A stretch of DNA of 64,000 nt from Azolla caroliniana (taxonomy: Eukaryota; Plantae; Polypodiophyta): assembly GCA_043228905.1 (NCBI GenBank), contig JBHGNT010000003.1:19158001-19222000 (forward strand), in the 5' to 3' direction. Shown here piece after piece: positions 58,822 to 64,000 of the stretch. The notes under the pieces are model-generated. The model made no database searches, had not been told where the DNA came from, and worked only from the letters and a program-made list of their open reading frames with translations. The position numbers and the translations under genes were made by a program. The stretch's first letter is position 1, and every line of letters starts with the position of its first letter.

Positions 58822-59938
58822 TGTCGTGAAGATTTTCGGCAATAGTGTGAAAATTACATGGAATGAACAAAATTGAGTGTGGTTCTTCATACACAAGACA
58901 TGAAACAATAATAGTGAAGATACTATTTTAGATTAGCTTAATATCTTAGTACAGGAAGTTGAAGGTCTTCAAGAGCTTCCGAATGTACTTTACTACATTT
59001 GAAACAGACAACTAAGAGTCAAGTTATGTGAAGTTTGAGAAGAAGAAGAGAAAAACAAAACTATGAGATATCCCATATAGATAGGACAAATCAAGATCCC
59101 ACATTATATAAGCAGAGCCAAAACTTATTACTATCTGTCTATGTGTGGAGCATAGAATGTTCTTAGGCTAAAACTGTGGCTTAACTACTCATAATGGTTT
59201 TTGAGAACCAGAACCAGGACCGGACGACGACGGAACTGAAACCGGAACCGTAATTGGATGGACGACGACGGAACCAGAATAGGACCGGCGGACGGTGCTG
59301 AACGGCCACGGAACCGGACTGGATAGACTTGATCACTGGGTCGGATGCGGACTAGATAGATGGGTCCGTCGGATAGGTTGATTGTGAAGCATGATGCCTT
59401 GAAGATTTCGGTGTGAAACGAAAAAGTTGAGTCATTTCTTTAAGTTATATTTTTATCATTATACTTTCACATGTAAATTCTCATACATGAGAGCTTGATT
59501 GAGTGACATGGTTATCATGCAACACATGTAATGCATGAGCGCCAAATGGAAAACATGCATCTCATGCATTTTATGCATGTCTTGCACCCTCACATGCATC
59601 ATATGCATGGGGGCATCTATAAAAGAGTGGATGAGGAAGAAAAACAAGGGCAATGTAATAATCAAGAAATTAAAAGTAAGAAAAATTGTTATCCCATTTG
59701 GTGATGTATTAATCGCGACTCTCGAATCTAAAGTCAAGCGTTCATTCTTAATTTCTCTCTCCATTTCAATCTTTCTCAATCTGTTTCAAAATTAGAATCT
59801 CAATCTCAATCTCTCTCTCTTTCAATCTATCTTAAATACTTTCTCGCTAAAGCTAGTGCAAACTTCGGAATCCTTCTGGTCTAGAACCACGGCGGTTCCA
59901 CCTCACGATCCGCACGTAGTGACGGATTTTTCACGACA
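58822..59938 (+). mobile_element. Solo LTR of the TGTCG...CGACA Gypsy lineage
   Basis: TGTCGTGAAG...TTCACGACA. TSD ATGG/ACGG. The D RT/RH frame resumes on both sides. Confidence 0.85.
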
Positions 59939-61262
59939 ACGGAGAACTCCTTGATAAATCGCCGATAGAAATTTGCGAAACCAAGGAACGACTCGACATC
60001 CTTTACTCCTTTTGAAGTGGCCTATTCTTGAATTGTCTTGATTTTCCTTGAATCCATGGTGAACCCCTGTATTTATACATGTTTATGGGCTCTAAATGTA
60101 GCCCCATGCAAAGACTCATTTTCATGCACAAGCTTCTAGAATGTTCTAGCTTTAGGAGCTTTCTGGAAGTTTCTAAAATCCTACATGTAGAATAGATAAT
60201 CTACAATAATCTATTAAAGTAACATGATTATGTATTGGATATATTGGTTAAAACATATCGATTAAATACAGTAGGTCAAGAGTTTGAATCATGACATGAC
60301 TGTTGTCATGTCCATGACACAGACGAGGAGAGTGGTGTCACTTTGTTTTTGTAGGTACATGATTTTGGTGGTAAATTAGCGATTTTGGCGATAATCAACG
60401 AGATCTTTGATGTGGAATTGATGAAGAAGAATGTATGTTTTTGATAAGGATGAGTGATGAGGATGTGGGGGACGAAGCATATTCTCATGAGGAGATGAGG
60501 AAACAAGACTCATTGTGTTGTATGTGTAAGATTTTTTGGTGGTATTCGGCGAGATGATTGATGTGGACTTAACGATGCAATTTTCATGGTTTGTATTAGA
60601 GATATGCCCTAATGTAAGCATATGATAAGGATAAAAGAATGATAGATAGATAGATAGAAAAGAGAGAGAGAAAGAAGGGTGTCGATCCACCCAACCACCC
60701 CCAAGTGAAGGGATCGAGATGGACTCGAGCCTCGATCAGCGTCCCATACCATTGTCGTGGCGTCGAGTCGTACCTGGTACTGGTGCGCTCGCTACAAGAG
60801 TTGAACCACCATGAAATAGAGTCTCGACGTAGTCTAAAGATGATGAAATGAGGGTAGCTAGACCTCTTATTTATAGCGATACCCAAGGCCCCTAGGCAAG
60901 TTCACACTTGGCCTAATGGGTTGTCTCAATCCCGAGTATTAAAAGTAATCCTCCCCTTCTTTACACTCTTGTTTAACCCTCACACTTATCCACGTGTATA
61001 GAATACTACGGTAAATTCTCACCACAGGATATTATATGGTCATGCTAGTAACAGTTTAGATAAGGATGAGTGATGATGGTGTGGAGGCCGAAGCAGATTC
61101 TCATGAGAAGATGAGGAATTTAAACTCATTTTATTGTCTCTGTGCAAGAATTTGGTGGTAATCGGCGAGATGGTTGATGTAGACTTCACGAAGCAATTTG
61201 TAGGTTTTTGATAAGGATGAGTGATGATGGCGTGGGAGAAAAATGACTTAATGTGTTGTATG

Positions 61263-61665
61263 ATAGGAAGTTGGTGGTAACCGGCGAGATGGTTGATGTG
61301 GAAAGAAGAAGCATATTTGTTGAGTTGACAATATAATGTATTGGATCTCCTTCCAATTTGTGATGTATAGGAAGTTGGTGGTAACCGACGAGATGGTTGA
61401 TGTGGAAAGAGGAAGCATATTTGTTGAGTTGACAATATAATGTATTGGATCTCCTTCCAATTTGTGATGTATAGGAAGTTGGTGGTAACCGACGAGATGG
61501 TTGATGTGGAAAGAGGAAGCATATTTGTTGAGTTGACAGTATAATGTATTGGATCTCATTCCAATTTGTGATGTATAGGAAGTTGGTGGTAACTGGCGAG
61601 ATGGTTGATGTGAAAAGAGGAAGCATATTTGTTGAGTTGACAGTATAATGTATTGGATCGCCTTC
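61263..61665. repeat. ~3.9 x 104-bp tandem repeat, with diverged related ~150-bp units at 60330-60590 and 61055-61260
   Basis: Unit starts ATAGGAAGTTGGTGGTAACC at 61263, 61367, 61471 and 61575. Confidence 0.9.
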
Positions 61666-61949
61666 AAATATGCAATAGACAGGAGCAGGTTGACGAAGTA
61701 TTGAAAGGTTCATAACTATGATCTGCGAATATAAGTACTTTGGTTGTTGTATGTGGATATGATACCTTGCATTGTGTCTAAGGAATAACTTACAATTAAT
61801 GGATTGTTTTCTCTATTTTGGATTTGTTTGCTCAACCAGTGTCTTTCACAAGACAGGTTGGGGGGGAAAACTTTGTATGTTGTAGTTATGACCTTTTTTA
61901 TACAACTAATGGAAGGATATTTGTTTTGAAACCCGGCACCCGAGGACGT

Positions 61950-64000
61950 CTGGTTCTTCTTTGGTTTTCTGCCTCATCAAGGGAAAGGCCGAGTGTAAAT
62001 TTTCCATATTTCTTGGCGTATTACTTTATTGCGGTCCTCATGAGAGATTAAAGTGTTATCAATCGTGTGGTTGTACCTAAGGGGAGGTAGGTTATTAATG
62101 TCTAGAAGATTCGCAAGAAGCCAACTCACCATCATGCCATACCATGAGCTAGTATAGCCGGACTCATACAGTGATCGAGAGGCCTTAAAGGCTTGATGAG
62201 ATATTCTATCATGTGGTTGGCTATGTATCCTGTGAATAAAGACTACAAGTTGGAAAAGTGCCTCTACTAACATTGGGGGTAACGTGAACTCAACCCTAAT
62301 AATGTCATGTGGTATTGTTGATTTGCTTTGGAGTTGGCATGATAACATCATCACCAATGGTCTCTCTAATTGTGTCCACATGAAAGATGGTAATCCTGGA
62401 GCCCAAACCGTTGATGCATACATGAGGGAGGAGGTCACTAATGAGTCAAAGAGCCACCCTTTAGTCTGTGGCTCTTGAAAGTATGCTTGGTGGCATTGTC
62501 TCTCAAGTAGTGAGAGGGATGCATGTCCTCTCGTAAGTCTATCCTTCGCTGCCTGTGTCATCGAAAATTTACCTGAGCGGGCACTGAAAGTGACTTCGAG
62601 ATAGACATATGATCCAACCACCTCAACTGGGCCATGGGAGATAGTTAGGTGACACTTAGCTCTAACTTGGGCCGATGTGTGGAAGATAAGGACTTTAGTT
62701 TTCCCTAGATTCACTACCAATCCTCGTTGTGCACAAAAGTCATCTAAGACATTAAGGTGCCTTTGTAGGTTGTGTTCAAATTCAGAGAGCAAAACTATGT
62801 CATCTACATAGAGCGAGATATGAACCTACGTATTCCCAAGGACTACTCCGTTGCCTCCCTTATGAGCAATAAAATCTATGATCTCATCAATGTAGATCCC
62901 AAAAAGTGTCAGTGATAGGGGGAAACCTTGTTTTACACCAATAATGTTAGTGAAACAATTAGATAGGCCACCTGGGCGTCGGACACACCCAGACACTTGT
63001 TCATATAGTGTGTAGATGGCCTAGACCATATCATTTGGTATCCTCAAGCTTTTAAGCCTATCAAACAACCGCTCTCTTGGGACTGTGTCAAAGGCTTTGT
63101 GGAAGTCCACAGAACAACAATATAATTTCTTCTTGCGAGCCTTAGTTTGGTCAATTAAGCATCTAAGTGTGAAGATATGATCAATAGTGGAGAAGGCTCA
63201 TCTAAAGCCAGCCTATTCAAGTACACGAAGATTTAGGGTCTCCATATAATCGCTAAGCTCTACTTCCATTACTACACAATATAATTTAGGAAGGGTATGA
63301 CCTATCATAATGGTCCTATATGTATTTGGGTCCATTGGGTTCCCCCCTTTATGTATGGGGACCACTGTGTTCATAGTCCATTGTGGTGGAAAACCTTGTG
63401 CGAGGGCACGATTGAAGATTAGAGATAGCAAGGGAGCTAGGCACTCTCTCGCATATATAATGTGTTCTGTTTGCAATCCTGTGTGGTCCATGGACTTCCT
63501 ATGTTGTAATTTCTTTATGGCCTTCGCGACCCTAGAGGTCGTGAAAATTGTCCCTGTGGTAGGCCGGGGTGTGGAAGGCCTTGGAATCGGTGGTTGGTTT
63601 GGGATTTGGTAAAGTCTCTCTGTATATGTGTGCTAGGTTTCTGGATCTTCGATGGGTGTTTGTGGTCTTGGCTCCCGTAGTCTCTTCCATGCCATGGCAC
63701 AATCGCTACTCATGAGCATATGGTAGAGTTCCCAATATTGGGATGCCTCCCACGCTCGTCTCTTACGACGTGTCATCTTGCGCATTTCTTTGCGAGCTTG
63801 TATTTAGGTAATACTAAAACTGAGTTGTGATACTGTAAGTTGTCTATGGAAGTCCCTACAATCCTCATCATACCATTTATTTTGTGGCATAGATCCTGAT
63901 CTACCTTGATTTGAGTGTTTTGTATATGGGAAACTGCTAACTACTGTGGAGTGAAGGATGTGTGTCAGTTTCGTACTAAGGCTTTCTAAAGGTAGGGAGG
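61950..64000 (-). mobile_element. Degraded RTE-type LINE (different family from the 35-37 kb copies), running off the window
   Basis: PIHKGG.PMDPNTYRTIMIG, SVDFHKAFDTVPR, GVKQGFPLSLTLFG, LYVDD, VVNLGKTKV, YVYL, with stops. Confidence 0.85.

Larger units (their letters stand above)
55686..60319 (-). mobile_element. Chromodomain Ty3/Gypsy element D (internally deleted; hosts two solo LTRs)
   Basis: LTR 55686-56097 and partial LTR ~60057-60319. Perfect TSD CAGAC (55681-85 / 60320-24). RNase H, integrase and chromodomain on the minus strand. Confidence 0.9.

Noticed and set aside
61040-61713. Repeat-protein ORFs on the minus strand
   Set aside because: The 104-bp unit is not a multiple of 3, so the same peptides cycle through all frames. 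This is an artefact.

Overview
Plant nuclear DNA, probably from a non-seed land plant judging by TE style (inference only). Bases 1-31 kb and 53-64 kb are a dense nest of retrotransposons. An old Ty3/Gypsy host (G0) is split by a Copia element (A, 3968-21474). A contains a Gypsy element (B, 5644-17935, minus), which contains a very young Copia (C, 6770-12091). A second nest at 21574-25913 is a non-autonomous element with solo LTRs inside its own LTR. A chromodomain Gypsy (D, 55686-60319) carries two solo LTRs. The middle of the window holds RTE-type LINE copies, a PR-1/CAP pseudogene, MITEs and one intact host gene: a 12-exon group IV calcium-dependent protein kinase (CPK16/18/28 clade, minus strand, 39999-48637, 518 aa). 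The most notable signal is a Gypsy lineage with TGTCG...CGACA LTR ends and a tRNA-Trp PBS. Its insertions show 4-bp target duplications centred on CpG (ACGG/CCGT/ACGT/ACGC). Other highlights are a reconstructable ~800-codon extra ORF in G0, an antisense integrase fragment in a non-autonomous element, a LINE-derived ~565-bp hairpin just upstream of the CPK gene, and duplicated splice-acceptor regions in the CPK introns. All coordinates and counts were read by eye and no database searches were run.
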